From the NCBI GenBank assembly GCA_903872035.1, contig CAIQIZ010000029.1, positions 479-64,478 of the forward strand: a stretch of 64,000 nucleotides of DNA, given 5' to 3'. Below the pieces are notes generated by a model. That model saw nothing but the letters and a program-made list of their open reading frames with translations, made no database searches and was not told the DNA's origin. The translations under genes were made by a program, and so were the position numbers. Below are positions 28,628 to 37,602 of the stretch, piece by piece (the stretch's first letter is position 1; each line of letters opens with the position of its first letter). This stretch comes from an uncultured bacterium (GTDB lineage: Bacteria; Patescibacteriota; Minisyncoccia; Phycocordibacterales; PALSA-1337).

Positions 28628-30151
28628 ATGAAGACAAATTCATCGCTTACACAGATCGGATCATCTATCGCCAGATCACGTGAAGACCGCGGACTTACAC
28701 AGGCTGTTCTGGCCAAGAAGATAGGCACCACTCAGAGCGTCATCGCCCGCATAGAGAACGGCGAGCAGAACATCTCCACCAAGACCATGGCCAGGCTTAG
28801 CAAAGCTCTCGACCGGGAGATCATGAGCCTCTCCAAAGCGGGAACTATCAATTTCAAGATCGAAGGAGGACACGAGCTCAAGGGCCAGATCAAAGTCAGA
28901 GCCTCGAAGAACGGTGCCATCGGAGTCATGTGCGCTTCTCTTTTGAATAGCGGGGTGACAACCATAAAGAGTGCGCCACGGATCGAGGAGGTCTACAGAA
29001 TCATCGAGGTATTCAAGTCGATCGGTGTACGCACCGAATGGAAAGGTGGCGACTTGGTCATCAAACCGGCAGCCAAGCTGAATCTCAGCCGGGCTGAATA
29101 TTATTCGGCTCCTCATACTAGAGGCGACATCATGCTAATCGGACCATTGGTGCACAGGTTTAAGACTTTTAAGGTGAATCAACCCGATGGCTGCCGTCTG
29201 GGTTCTCGAACCGTCAAACCTTATTTCTATGCGCTGGAAAAGCTCGGCGTGACGATCGAAACGACATCGAAGCACTACGAGGTCCGCCATGACGGCTTGA
29301 AGAAGGATAAAGAGATAATCATGTATGAAGCCGGTGACACAGTCACTGAAACGGTCATCATGGCCGCTGCCCTAATCCCTGGTCAGACGACCATCAAATT
29401 CGCTTCAGCAAACTATCAAGTTCAGGATGTCTGTTTCTATCTAGAACAGCTCGGCCTAAAGATAGACGGGATCGGAACTTCCACTATGACGATCCACGGC
29501 CAGAGCAAAATAGACAAAGATATCGAATATCATCTAGGTGAAGATCCCATAGAAGCGATGTCTCTCATCGCCGCGGCCATCGTCACAAGATCCGGTATCA
29601 CTATAGAGCGATGTCCCATCGATTTTCTGGAATTGGAACTGCTGAAGCTTGAGAAGATGGGCTTCAAATACAAGATCGTGAAGAGATACAAAGGAGAAAA
29701 TGGCAGGGTAAATCTTGTCGACATCGAGACTTCCCCTTCAAAGCTGATAGCTCTGGCAGAAAAGATCCACGCTCTCCCCTATCCAGGCATAAATATGGAC
29801 AACCTCCCATTCTTTGCCTTGATCGGCGCCTTCGCTACTGGAGAGACTTTCATACATGATTGGGTCTATGAAGAACGCGCCATCTACTACAAGGAGCTAG
29901 ATAGGCTAGGTGTAGAATCCATTCTGGCTGACCCGCACCGCTTCTACGTGAAGGGCCCAGCTAAACTCAAGCCGGCAGAAGTCGTCTGCCCGCCAGCACT
30001 ACGTCCATCAGTCATCATCATGCTGGCTATGCTAGCCATCCCCGGGACTTCTATACTTCGGAACGTCTACAATATCAATCGCGGATATGAAGACCTGGCC
30101 GCTAGACTGAATAAACTCGGTGCAAGGATAGAGACTTTCCGAGATCTCTAA
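28628..30151 (+). CDS. murA: UDP-N-acetylglucosamine 1-carboxyvinyltransferase with an N-terminal XRE-family helix-turn-helix domain (fusion)
   Basis: Residues ~1-65 form a Cro/C1-type HTH (LTQAVLAKKIGTTQSVIARIENGEQNIS). The remaining ~430 aa align to MurA: ASKNGAIG, active-site loop 'QPDGCRLGSRTV' with Cys, and 'NINRGYEDLAARLNKLGARIE'. No stop codon separates the two parts. Confidence 0.8.
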   Translation: MKTNSSLTQIGSSIARSREDRGLTQAVLAKKIGTTQSVIARIENGEQNISTKTMARLSKALDREIMSLSKAGTINFKIEGGHELKGQIKVRASKNGAIGVMCASLLNSGVTTIKSAPRIEEVYRIIEVFKSIGVRTEWKGGDLVIKPAAKLNLSRAEYYSAPHTRGDIMLIGPLVHRFKTFKVNQPDGCRLGSRTVKPYFYALEKLGVTIETTSKHYEVRHDGLKKDKEIIMYEAGDTVTETVIMAAALIPGQTTIKFASANYQVQDVCFYLEQLGLKIDGIGTSTMTIHGQSKIDKDIEYHLGEDPIEAMSLIAAAIVTRSGITIERCPIDFLELELLKLEKMGFKYKIVKRYKGENGRVNLVDIETSPSKLIALAEKIHALPYPGINMDNLPFFALIGAFATGETFIHDWVYEERAIYYKELDRLGVESILADPHRFYVKGPAKLKPAEVVCPPALRPSVIIMLAMLAIPGTSILRNVYNINRGYEDLAARLNKLGARIETFRDL

Positions 30152-30170
30152 TTAAGGGTATAACTATGGC

Positions 30171-32135
30171 ATGAACATCATCACGGTCATCCCGCTCACC
30201 CGATCAAAGGTGGCGTCCGAGCTTACTTACTTTACCGGCTCCGTTGTACCAGTCGGCGCTATAGTCTCAGTGCCTCTACGCTCAAAAACCATCCATGCCA
30301 TCGTCACGAAGAGCCAGAACGCCGAGGATCTGAAGATAGATATCAAGAATGCTCCATTCGAGATACGCAAGCTCGGCAAAGTCAAAGCCACCGTCTTCTT
30401 CCCTGCTTCATTCATAGAAGCTTGCGGCATCGTGGCCGAATCATACGCTACAACTATGGGAGCCGTCATAGATGCCGTGGTGGCCGATACTCTCATGCAA
30501 AACGCCGCCAAGATATCTCCACCTCTTCCAAAGCAACCGAGCCTGAGCATGGACACTCCAATACCAACAGAGGTATTACCGACAAGGATTGCACCAAAGC
30601 CAAAGGCAGAATCAGAACGGGTCTTCGCTGTACAAGGAGACGATCAAGACCGCATAAGCTCATGGCGTAGCCTGATCCGTCAGGAATTCGCCAGAAAGAA
30701 ATCTATTGCCATGTATGTGCCAACCATCGAAGATGGACACAACCTTTTCCGAGAATTAGAAAAAGGTATCGAAGGCTACATATTCGTTTTACACAGCGGC
30801 CTTACTCCCAAAAAGGTAGTCGAGACATGGCGCACGATCGCTGAAACCGATCACCCGGTCGTAATTATAGCAACCGGCTCATTTTCCATAATGCCCCGCG
30901 GCGATATAGAGACAGTTATAATAGAACGAGAGAACAATCGCGGTTGGATCGGACAAAGGGCCCCATATCTAGATCTTCGCTACGCCCTTGAAATGATCGC
31001 TCGTCGCAGCAGACAAACCGTCTTCCTGGGCGATAGCTTCCTACGAGTTGAAACTCTGAACCGCTTGGACAACGACAGTATATATCAAGGCTCACCTTTC
31101 AAGTGGCGATCTATCTCCAACGCTCGCGATTCGCTGGTCGACATGAAATCATTCCAGGCGGTAAACAAGGCCGTGAAGAATGACTTCAAGGTCATATCAC
31201 CGAACCTGGCAGATTTGATCCGCCTCAATCGAGAAGAGAGTACGCATATGTTCATATTCGCTTTGAGACGAGGACTTTCTTCCATGACAATTTGCGACGA
31301 CTGCGAAACCGTCATCACTTGCCGGAACTGTTCAACACCGGTCATATTGCACACATCGACGACATCAGGCAAGAACTTCTTTATGTGCCACAAATGCGGC
31401 GAGAGACGCAGCGCTGAGGAGATGTGTGTAGTCTGCGGCGGTTGGAGACTGACCCCGCTCGGCATCGGCATAGACCGAGTCGCCGAAGAGCTCAAGGCGC
31501 GTTTCCCGGAAACAGATGTCTTCCAAATAGACGCCGATGTGACCAAGACGCCGAAGCAGATCGAGGACGCATTGCTAAGATTCAAGAATAAACCAGGGAG
31601 CATCCTTCTTGGCACAGAAACTGCCCTGCTTCACCTCGCCGAAAAAGTCGAGCATGTCGCTGTGACTTCCATGGACAGCTTGTTCGCTTTGCCAGATTTT
31701 CGCATCCAAGAAAAGATCATGTACATGCTCATCCGACTGCGCGCACAAGCCATGCGTTCGATCGTGGTCCAAACCCGCAAACCAGAGGAAAAAGTCTTTG
31801 AATACGGACTCAAAGGAAATCTAAGCGATTTCTATCGTCTTACACTTGAAGAGCGTAAAAGATTTAAATATCCTCCATTCTCCGTTCTCATTAAGTTAAC
31901 GATCGAGGGTAAGAAGGACGCTATAGCCGAAGCTATGGTCAAGACCCAAGAAGCCTTACTGCCATACGAGATAGATGTCTTCCCCGCCTTCACGGCCACC
32001 GTCAAAGGAAATTCTATCATCCACGGCCTGCTCAATGTGGAGACTCATTCCTGGCCTGATCCAGTCCTTATCGGAAAGCTACGCTCCTTGCCGCCGAACG
32101 TCATGGTCAAAGTCAATCCCGAGACGTTGTTGTGA
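30171..32135 (+). CDS. priA: Primosomal protein N' (PriA)-like, with degenerate helicase motifs
   Basis: PriA zinc-binding cysteine cluster 'CDDCETVITCRNCSTPV...CHKCGERRSAEEMCVVCGG' and C-terminal domain. Walker A is replaced (QGDDQDRI where GxGKT is expected) and no DExH box is present. Confidence 0.65.
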   Translation: MNIITVIPLTRSKVASELTYFTGSVVPVGAIVSVPLRSKTIHAIVTKSQNAEDLKIDIKNAPFEIRKLGKVKATVFFPASFIEACGIVAESYATTMGAVIDAVVADTLMQNAAKISPPLPKQPSLSMDTPIPTEVLPTRIAPKPKAESERVFAVQGDDQDRISSWRSLIRQEFARKKSIAMYVPTIEDGHNLFRELEKGIEGYIFVLHSGLTPKKVVETWRTIAETDHPVVIIATGSFSIMPRGDIETVIIERENNRGWIGQRAPYLDLRYALEMIARRSRQTVFLGDSFLRVETLNRLDNDSIYQGSPFKWRSISNARDSLVDMKSFQAVNKAVKNDFKVISPNLADLIRLNREESTHMFIFALRRGLSSMTICDDCETVITCRNCSTPVILHTSTTSGKNFFMCHKCGERRSAEEMCVVCGGWRLTPLGIGIDRVAEELKARFPETDVFQIDADVTKTPKQIEDALLRFKNKPGSILLGTETALLHLAEKVEHVAVTSMDSLFALPDFRIQEKIMYMLIRLRAQAMRSIVVQTRKPEEKVFEYGLKGNLSDFYRLTLEERKRFKYPPFSVLIKLTIEGKKDAIAEAMVKTQEALLPYEIDVFPAFTATVKGNSIIHGLLNVETHSWPDPVLIGKLRSLPPNVMVKVNPETLL

Positions 32136-32220
32136 TCGAATATTGATTAATTCACTGGACTATAAAAAATCGCACATGCAGAGCTATTTAGAGATGCATG
32201 TGCGGAAATGAAATTGTGTT

Positions 32221-32880
32221 TTAGTCTGGCAAACGGACTAGGACGTAGCCCTCGTAATCTGCTCTGTCACCTTTGGCCGGAATACCTGAATTGAATGGCC
32301 GGAAATGCACGGGGCAAATGTAGGGGCTTACATCCAGACACCACGCGCACGGTAACGTATCCGCCGGCTCCAGCGTATCCAAAGCGAACATCATGAAGCT
32401 CTGTTTTGGGTATCTTGTCCCATGGAATACACAAGCAAACGCCATCAGTTCCCATAGATCTGTCATCAGATATCCGCATTCCGAGAGCAATACCACAGCT
32501 TCATCATATTCTACCCGTCTTAGAAAACGAGCCAGCTTATACTTTGCTTTGGTGGGTCCGCCGTTCAGCCTGAAGTGTGTGCGCTCAACATCATCTACTC
32601 TGGATTGATCGACACTGATACCGGCCCGTTTGATGGCTTCCAGAGGTCCTAGGCTCCTATCAACCGTCACGTTATAGCTCCTGTCGCTCATCACGAACGG
32701 TAGCGTCTCGAAGTCGTGTTCGGAAACATGTAACACCGGTTTTCCCTGGATGATGAGCTGGAGACTGTCGGCGACTTTAGTTGGCACCAAAGTGCCTTCA
32801 AGCACTCGCCGCATAAGTTCGTGCTGTTTGATTGCTATACGTCCAACGACGTCGTCAGCGACAATAATATTCTTCGTCAT
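32221..32880 (-). CDS. Hypothetical protein
   Basis: Clean ORF. Likely start MTKNIIV at 32880. No motif. Confidence 0.4.
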   Translation of the reverse strand: MTKNIIVADDVVGRIAIKQHELMRRVLEGTLVPTKVADSLQLIIQGKPVLHVSEHDFETLPFVMSDRSYNVTVDRSLGPLEAIKRAGISVDQSRVDDVERTHFRLNGGPTKAKYKLARFLRRVEYDEAVVLLSECGYLMTDLWELMAFACVFHGTRYPKQSFMMFALDTLEPADTLPCAWCLDVSPYICPVHFRPFNSGIPAKGDRADYEGYVLVRLPD

Positions 32881-33036
32881 ACGACAACTTCTTTCTTTGT
32901 TTATCTGCGTTATCTGTTCTATTTTTAAGGAGCACAATACCCCTCACCAAAACACAATCTAATATGCAAATAAGCATTTGTCAAAGCGTTCAAAAGATGA
33001 GTTTACCAACTACTCTTTTCCTGTTATATTTGCTCC

Positions 33037-33567
33037 ATGAAAGACATCGTCCAAAGAGAAGCCCCCGTGCTTCGCGAGATCGCCAAAGCCGTACCGATAA
33101 TCGAGATAACCTCTGATAAGACCAGGAAGATCATCAGCGAGATGAAAGACGCCATGGCCTTACAGAAGGACGGTGTAGCCATAGCCGCACCACAGATCGG
33201 GGTCAATCAGCGCATTTTCGTCATTTCTGGAACTCTTCTCAAACAAGCCGACAAGAAATACAAAGGCGATGACTCTGACTTGATATTCATAAATCCAGAG
33301 ATCGTCAAAGCTTCCAAAGAAAAGAAAGCGGTCGAGGAGGGCTGTCTATCAGTTCGCTGGTTGTATGGAAAAGTTAATCGTTCCGTACGCGTTACTCTCA
33401 GAGCTTTTAACGAAAAAGGTGAAAAGATCGAACGTGGCGCCAGTGGCCTTCTAGCACAAATATTCCAGCATGAAGTCGACCACCTGAATGGCGTACTGTT
33501 CATAGACAAAGCCAAAGAGGTTTGGGAAATGAGCGATGAAGAGATAGAGGAGCTACAAAGAAAGTAG
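33037..33567 (+). CDS. def: Peptide deformylase
   Basis: Motifs GVAIAAPQIG, EGCLSV and QHEVDHLNG. Confidence 0.92.
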   Translation: MKDIVQREAPVLREIAKAVPIIEITSDKTRKIISEMKDAMALQKDGVAIAAPQIGVNQRIFVISGTLLKQADKKYKGDDSDLIFINPEIVKASKEKKAVEEGCLSVRWLYGKVNRSVRVTLRAFNEKGEKIERGASGLLAQIFQHEVDHLNGVLFIDKAKEVWEMSDEEIEELQRK

Positions 33568-33569
33568 AT

Positions 33570-33663
33570 TCCAGGCTCCAGATCACAGATTCCAGTTAGT
33601 TTTCAGATTTCAGGATTCAGGCACTAATTTGTAATCTGTATTCTGAAATCTATTTGGAATCTG
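33570..33663. repeat. Cluster of short inverted and direct repeats in the def-fmt spacer
   Basis: cagattccag / ctggaatctg, ttcagatttcagg / ctgaaatct, ttcaggcac / gtgcctg, and repeated ggaatctg units within ~95 bp. Confidence 0.55.
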
Positions 33664-33699
33664 GTGCCTGTGGTTTGGAATCTGTATTATTTCATAAGC

Positions 33700-34581
33700 A
33701 TGAATCATGAATCCAGCATAAAGTTCGCTTTCTTCGGATCATCCAGGATGTCTGTTGTCGTTCTTGAGGAATTGAAAACGGCCGGATTGACGCCGATCTT
33801 CGTCGTAACCACACCCGACAAGCCTCAGGGCCGCAAATTGGTTCTTACGCCAAACGTGGTCAAAACATGGGCAATTTCAAATCGCGTCCACGTCTTTGAT
33901 TTTGGTAAGTTCGACAAGGTCGCCATCGATTCACTGTCGAAAGAAACTACGGGTGGATCAGTGAGCGTATTCATCGTCGCTTCTTATGGTAAGATCCTTC
34001 CTTCTTCGGTGATAAATATACCTCCTCGGAAAACTTTGAATATCCATCCTTCCTTGCTCCCAAAATATCGCGGACCATCGCCATTACAACAAGCGATTCT
34101 AGATGACACAAAACGAACTGGCGTAACTATTATGAGAATAGATGAGCAAATGGATCATGGACCTATCGTTGCCCAAAAAGAGATCATAATGAATGAATGG
34201 CCAGTCTATGAGGACTTCGAGGAGATGATGGCCAAAGAAGGCGCGCATCTATTGGCAAGCATATTACCTGAATGGATTGCCGGCAAATTACCAGAAATGG
34301 AACAGGATCATTCCAAGGCCACAACGACCCGGAAATTCATCAAAGAGGATGGACTAATCGACTTCACTGGAGATCAATATAAGAATTTCCGTAAGATACA
34401 AGCCTTCCATGAATGGCCGCAGTCCTATTTCTTCATCGATCATGCTAGCCGGAAGATTCGCATCAAAATCACCTCTGCTTCGTTCACAAATGGTAAATTG
34501 GAGATTATCAAAGTCATACCAGAAGGCTCATCTGAAATATCCTTCTCAGATTTCCAAAAAGGCTACAAATTTTCTTTGTAA
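33700..34581 (+). CDS. fmt: Methionyl-tRNA formyltransferase
   Basis: 'HPSLLPKYRGPSPLQQAIL' formyltransferase motif and a C-terminal domain. Follows def. Confidence 0.9.
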   Translation: MNHESSIKFAFFGSSRMSVVVLEELKTAGLTPIFVVTTPDKPQGRKLVLTPNVVKTWAISNRVHVFDFGKFDKVAIDSLSKETTGGSVSVFIVASYGKILPSSVINIPPRKTLNIHPSLLPKYRGPSPLQQAILDDTKRTGVTIMRIDEQMDHGPIVAQKEIIMNEWPVYEDFEEMMAKEGAHLLASILPEWIAGKLPEMEQDHSKATTTRKFIKEDGLIDFTGDQYKNFRKIQAFHEWPQSYFFIDHASRKIRIKITSASFTNGKLEIIKVIPEGSSEISFSDFQKGYKFSL

Positions 34582-34894
34582 GCTAGCTGCTATTGTAGTT
34601 CCCTGACACGCGAGTCCTTAGTCGTTATGGGCACTTTTCTTGCTGGCTGAGATCTGATCTCGCTATTTTGGATAAAATAATTAGTATCGGAGGCATAGCT
34701 CTCGCCAATGAGCTGAGTCTTTTGAGTAAAATAGTAAAGAAGAGTCCAAAAACAAAAGACTCCGAGAAAAGCGATACAAAGCCACTGATTGACCGGCTGC
34801 CTCATCTCGGCCAAACTAAAAAATTTTGGTTTATTCATGTCCTAATTATCGCATATATACAGATACCTTCAAACCGAGTTATCCCCCGCGAGCA

Positions 34895-35281
34895 TTAAAC
34901 CTTCAACTTTCTAGTCCTCCAAGGCCAAAGCCCTTTGACCATATCCTTGACCCTGGCACCACTCCGCCGGACCAAAGAGATCCTCTTGGCCTTACCGGCG
35001 CTTATCTCATGCAAGATATCATCACGGACAATATCTATGGCCGCATACAGATCCGGCTGTTCTGAGCTGGCATAATAGTTCTTTCCAGCTCCGACGATAT
35101 GTACCTCGGCCTTGAAAATATTCCCTTTTTGATGATGCGCACTCACCTTTCCCAGCTCCACATCACACTGGGCACTCTTGTCTCCGTCGAGTAGTCTCAC
35201 GACTTTTTCCAGACGCTTGTTCGTATAATCAGATATAGCCGGAGTCAAAGAGATCGTCGTTGCCTTGATATTTATGTTCAT
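34895..35281 (-). CDS. hpf: Ribosome hibernation-promoting factor (HPF/RaiA, short form)
   Basis: 'MNINIKATTISLTPAISDYTNKRLEKV...KAEVHI' sigma54-modulation/S30EA fold. Confidence 0.85.
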   Translation of the reverse strand: MNINIKATTISLTPAISDYTNKRLEKVVRLLDGDKSAQCDVELGKVSAHHQKGNIFKAEVHIVGAGKNYYASSEQPDLYAAIDIVRDDILHEISAGKAKRISLVRRSGARVKDMVKGLWPWRTRKLKV

Positions 35282-35322
35282 GCTTTTATCTCTTAATTAA
35301 TAGTTGAATAATCTATCGGCGA

Positions 35323-35907
35323 CTATTTGCGCTCATACATACCCATCAGTTTGGTTTCGGCCAGAACATGTCCTTTCATAGCCTCGATGACTGCTTCCTT
35401 GGTCGAACCCTCTGCTAATGATAACTTGATATCGAGCGCATACAAAGTGAAAATATAACGATGCGATCCAGACGGCGGACAAGGACTCAAATATTCGACA
35501 GTTCCCGCCGAGTTCTTGCCTTCCGTACCAAATGTCGGCGAAGTTTTGGGCATACCTTCCTCAACTGTGGTCGTCTTGGGATCTATGTTAAAAACCACCC
35601 AATGAGTGAATGTACCCATCGACGTATCAGGATCCTCAAGGAATAGTGTCAACGACTTCGCACCCTTAGGAACACCACTCACTAAAAGCGCCGGGCTGAT
35701 TTCCGATCCGTCGCAAGTAAATTTTTTAGGAATAGTATCCCCCTCCCTAAAAGCACTGCTCTCAAGCTTCAATATTGATGACGAACTTGTTGGCATAATT
35801 GTGGGAGTTATCGTCTGACTCTCTATTAATGTTAAGGATACGATGACCACAATGATCGCGGTGCAGACTGCCACAATAATACCCACCTTTTTCGTAAATA
35901 GAGCCAT
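35323..35907 (-). CDS. YbhB/YbcL-family PEBP protein, membrane-anchored
   Basis: PEBP motifs 'HWVVFNI' and 'CPPSGSHRYIFTLYALD'. N-terminal transmembrane segment. Confidence 0.8.
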   Translation of the reverse strand: MALFTKKVGIIVAVCTAIIVVIVSLTLIESQTITPTIMPTSSSSILKLESSAFREGDTIPKKFTCDGSEISPALLVSGVPKGAKSLTLFLEDPDTSMGTFTHWVVFNIDPKTTTVEEGMPKTSPTFGTEGKNSAGTVEYLSPCPPSGSHRYIFTLYALDIKLSLAEGSTKEAVIEAMKGHVLAETKLMGMYERK

Positions 35908-35914
35908 ATATAAA

Positions 35915-36145
35915 TCATAACATATGGTCTTTGTCCGCGACCTCAATGACTTTGGCCGGCATATGATGACCTTTAATTATTGTAACTCGCCGTTTAGGGA
36001 AAATGTTACGAAATATCTCAAGTAGGCGGCTGTTAGCGCGATTTTCTTCGGCCGGTTCCTTGACAGAAATGAGATATCTCGCCTCCGAGATCTTCTCGAT
36101 TTTCTCCTTTCTAGCGCCAGCAGTGACTTTGATGCCGATTAACAT
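35915..36145 (-). CDS. DUF167 (YggU-like) protein
   Basis: 76 aa. 'IKVTAGARKEKIEKI...RANSRLLEIF...RVTIIKG'. Confidence 0.7.
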   Translation of the reverse strand: MLIGIKVTAGARKEKIEKISEARYLISVKEPAEENRANSRLLEIFRNIFPKRRVTIIKGHHMPAKVIEVADKDHML

Positions 36146-36238
36146 TTTGATTTAGTATAGCCGATATGGTACATTTTCACATGTTCGTACGTTGAAAGCC
36201 AAATTCCGGTGTAGCTCAATGGTAGAGCAAGCGACTGT

Positions 36239-36792
36239 AGACGCATGATTTTTGATATACTTTTAAGTATGTCAGATATCAGGAAATATGCCGACCGAAG
36301 AGAAGCAATGATCAAAGCTGTTTCGAAACGTAGAAAGAAGATCAAAGCTCTCGCAATAGAATACAAAGGTGGGAAATACCAATTATGTGGTTATTCCCGC
36401 TATCAAGGCGCATTAGAATTGCATCATCGTGACCCAAAAGAAAAATCCTTTGGAATAGGAGAGAAAGGATATACTCGGTCATGGGATAGCGTTCGATGTG
36501 AATTGGATAAATGCATTCTCCTTTGTGCGAATTGTCACAGAGAAGTTGCGGCAGGCATACAGCAGCCTCCGAGAGAAATCTCGGTTGTAAACGAGGTGAA
36601 CTCGGGGAAACCCAACTAGAGCATTTCTAGGGGCAATCCCGAGCCAAGTCCGCGATCCGCGGAAAGGTGTAGAGACTATCCCTTTATGGGAGTACTCCGA
36701 CGTACGTCGGAGGAAGCGCCTCGTCCCTAAATCTGTCTTCGACAGACATGGGAATGATATAGTCCGCGCCACTAGTAACAGTGGATTACGCG
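36239..36792 (+). mobile_element. Group I intron (~554 nt) carrying an HNH homing endonuclease ORF
   Basis: The last exon nucleotide is U and the intron 3'-terminal nucleotide is G. Core elements are visible: R-like 'gagacta' and S element 'aatgatatagtccg' (P7 region). The ORF sits in the 5' peripheral region. Confidence 0.7.
36245..36619 (+). CDS. HNH homing endonuclease encoded in the intron
   Basis: 'CGYSRYQGALELHHRDPKEK...CILLCANCHREV' is an HNH zinc-finger nuclease motif. Alternative start at 36269 (MSDIRKY). Confidence 0.8.
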   Translation: MIFDILLSMSDIRKYADRREAMIKAVSKRRKKIKALAIEYKGGKYQLCGYSRYQGALELHHRDPKEKSFGIGEKGYTRSWDSVRCELDKCILLCANCHREVAAGIQQPPREISVVNEVNSGKPN

Positions 36793-36909
36793 TAATCGCT
36801 TGGTTGTAGGTTCGAGTCCTACCACCGGAGCAATTTTTTCCAGCATTATCTCCCGATGTTCTTTTTTGATACCCCAGACAGGGTTCAGAACTTTTGGTAT
36901 ACTTTGTAA

Positions 36910-37449
36910 ATGAAAACGCCAGCTACATACTTTATTACTGGCGTATCTGGAGTAGGAAAATCTACGACGATGATGAGTTTAAAGGAACTTCTTCCTTCTA
37001 ACGAATTCGATATTAGAGATTTTGATGAGCGAGGTGTACCTGATGGAGGTGGGGACGTATGGCACTCAAGAGAAACCAAATATTGGCTTGATATGGCTAT
37101 TATAAATACTCAAAGCGGTAGATCAACCATTATTTGCGGTTTCAATGAGCCCATAAGAATAAAGGCGGTTCAAACAGAAGAACACCCTTCTGTTACTCTT
37201 ATTCTTTTAAATGCTTCTCCCGAGACTATTCAAAAAAGACTTCACGGGAGATATCCTACCAAGGAAAGTGAACGAGAGATTGAAAGAGCTTCTGGTACTT
37301 CCCTGGAAAAGTTTATAGAGAACTGCACAACTTATCTTCCTGTTATGTACAAAAAGTTCAAGGAAGAAGGGTGTCCCATTATTGAAACTGACAACAAGAC
37401 TCCTGATGAAATTGCCGGAGAAATTATTAATTACGTAAACACAAATTGA
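36910..37449 (+). CDS. P-loop NTPase/kinase-like protein (Walker A GVSGVGKST), in the low-GC islet
   Basis: 'YFITGVSGVGKSTTMM' near the N-terminus. ~37% GC against ~48-50% for neighbouring core genes. Confidence 0.55.
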   Translation: MKTPATYFITGVSGVGKSTTMMSLKELLPSNEFDIRDFDERGVPDGGGDVWHSRETKYWLDMAIINTQSGRSTIICGFNEPIRIKAVQTEEHPSVTLILLNASPETIQKRLHGRYPTKESEREIERASGTSLEKFIENCTTYLPVMYKKFKEEGCPIIETDNKTPDEIAGEIINYVNTN

Positions 37450-37602
37450 GATTTAGAATAATCTGATAATTCGCTTCTATTTTCAATTCAATTCACGTTT
37501 TTGAACTCGTTCAATATATCTATATGTAGAATTTATAATTGAAGCTACTATAAATAGTAGTATAATTATGATATAGAAAATAGCTTAATTAGAAAAACAT
37601 AT

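Larger units (their letters stand above)
36205..36830 (+). tRNA. tRNA-Asn (anticodon GUU), interrupted in the anticodon loop by a group I intron
   Basis: 5' exon tccggtg-ta-gctcaatggtagagc-a-agcga-cugu (36205-36238). 3' exon uaa-ucgcu-tggtt-gtagg-ttcgagt-cctac-caccgga-g (36793-36830). The spliced anticodon loop CUGUUAA gives GUU. The D-arm and T-arm resemble bacterial tRNA-Asn. Confidence 0.75.
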
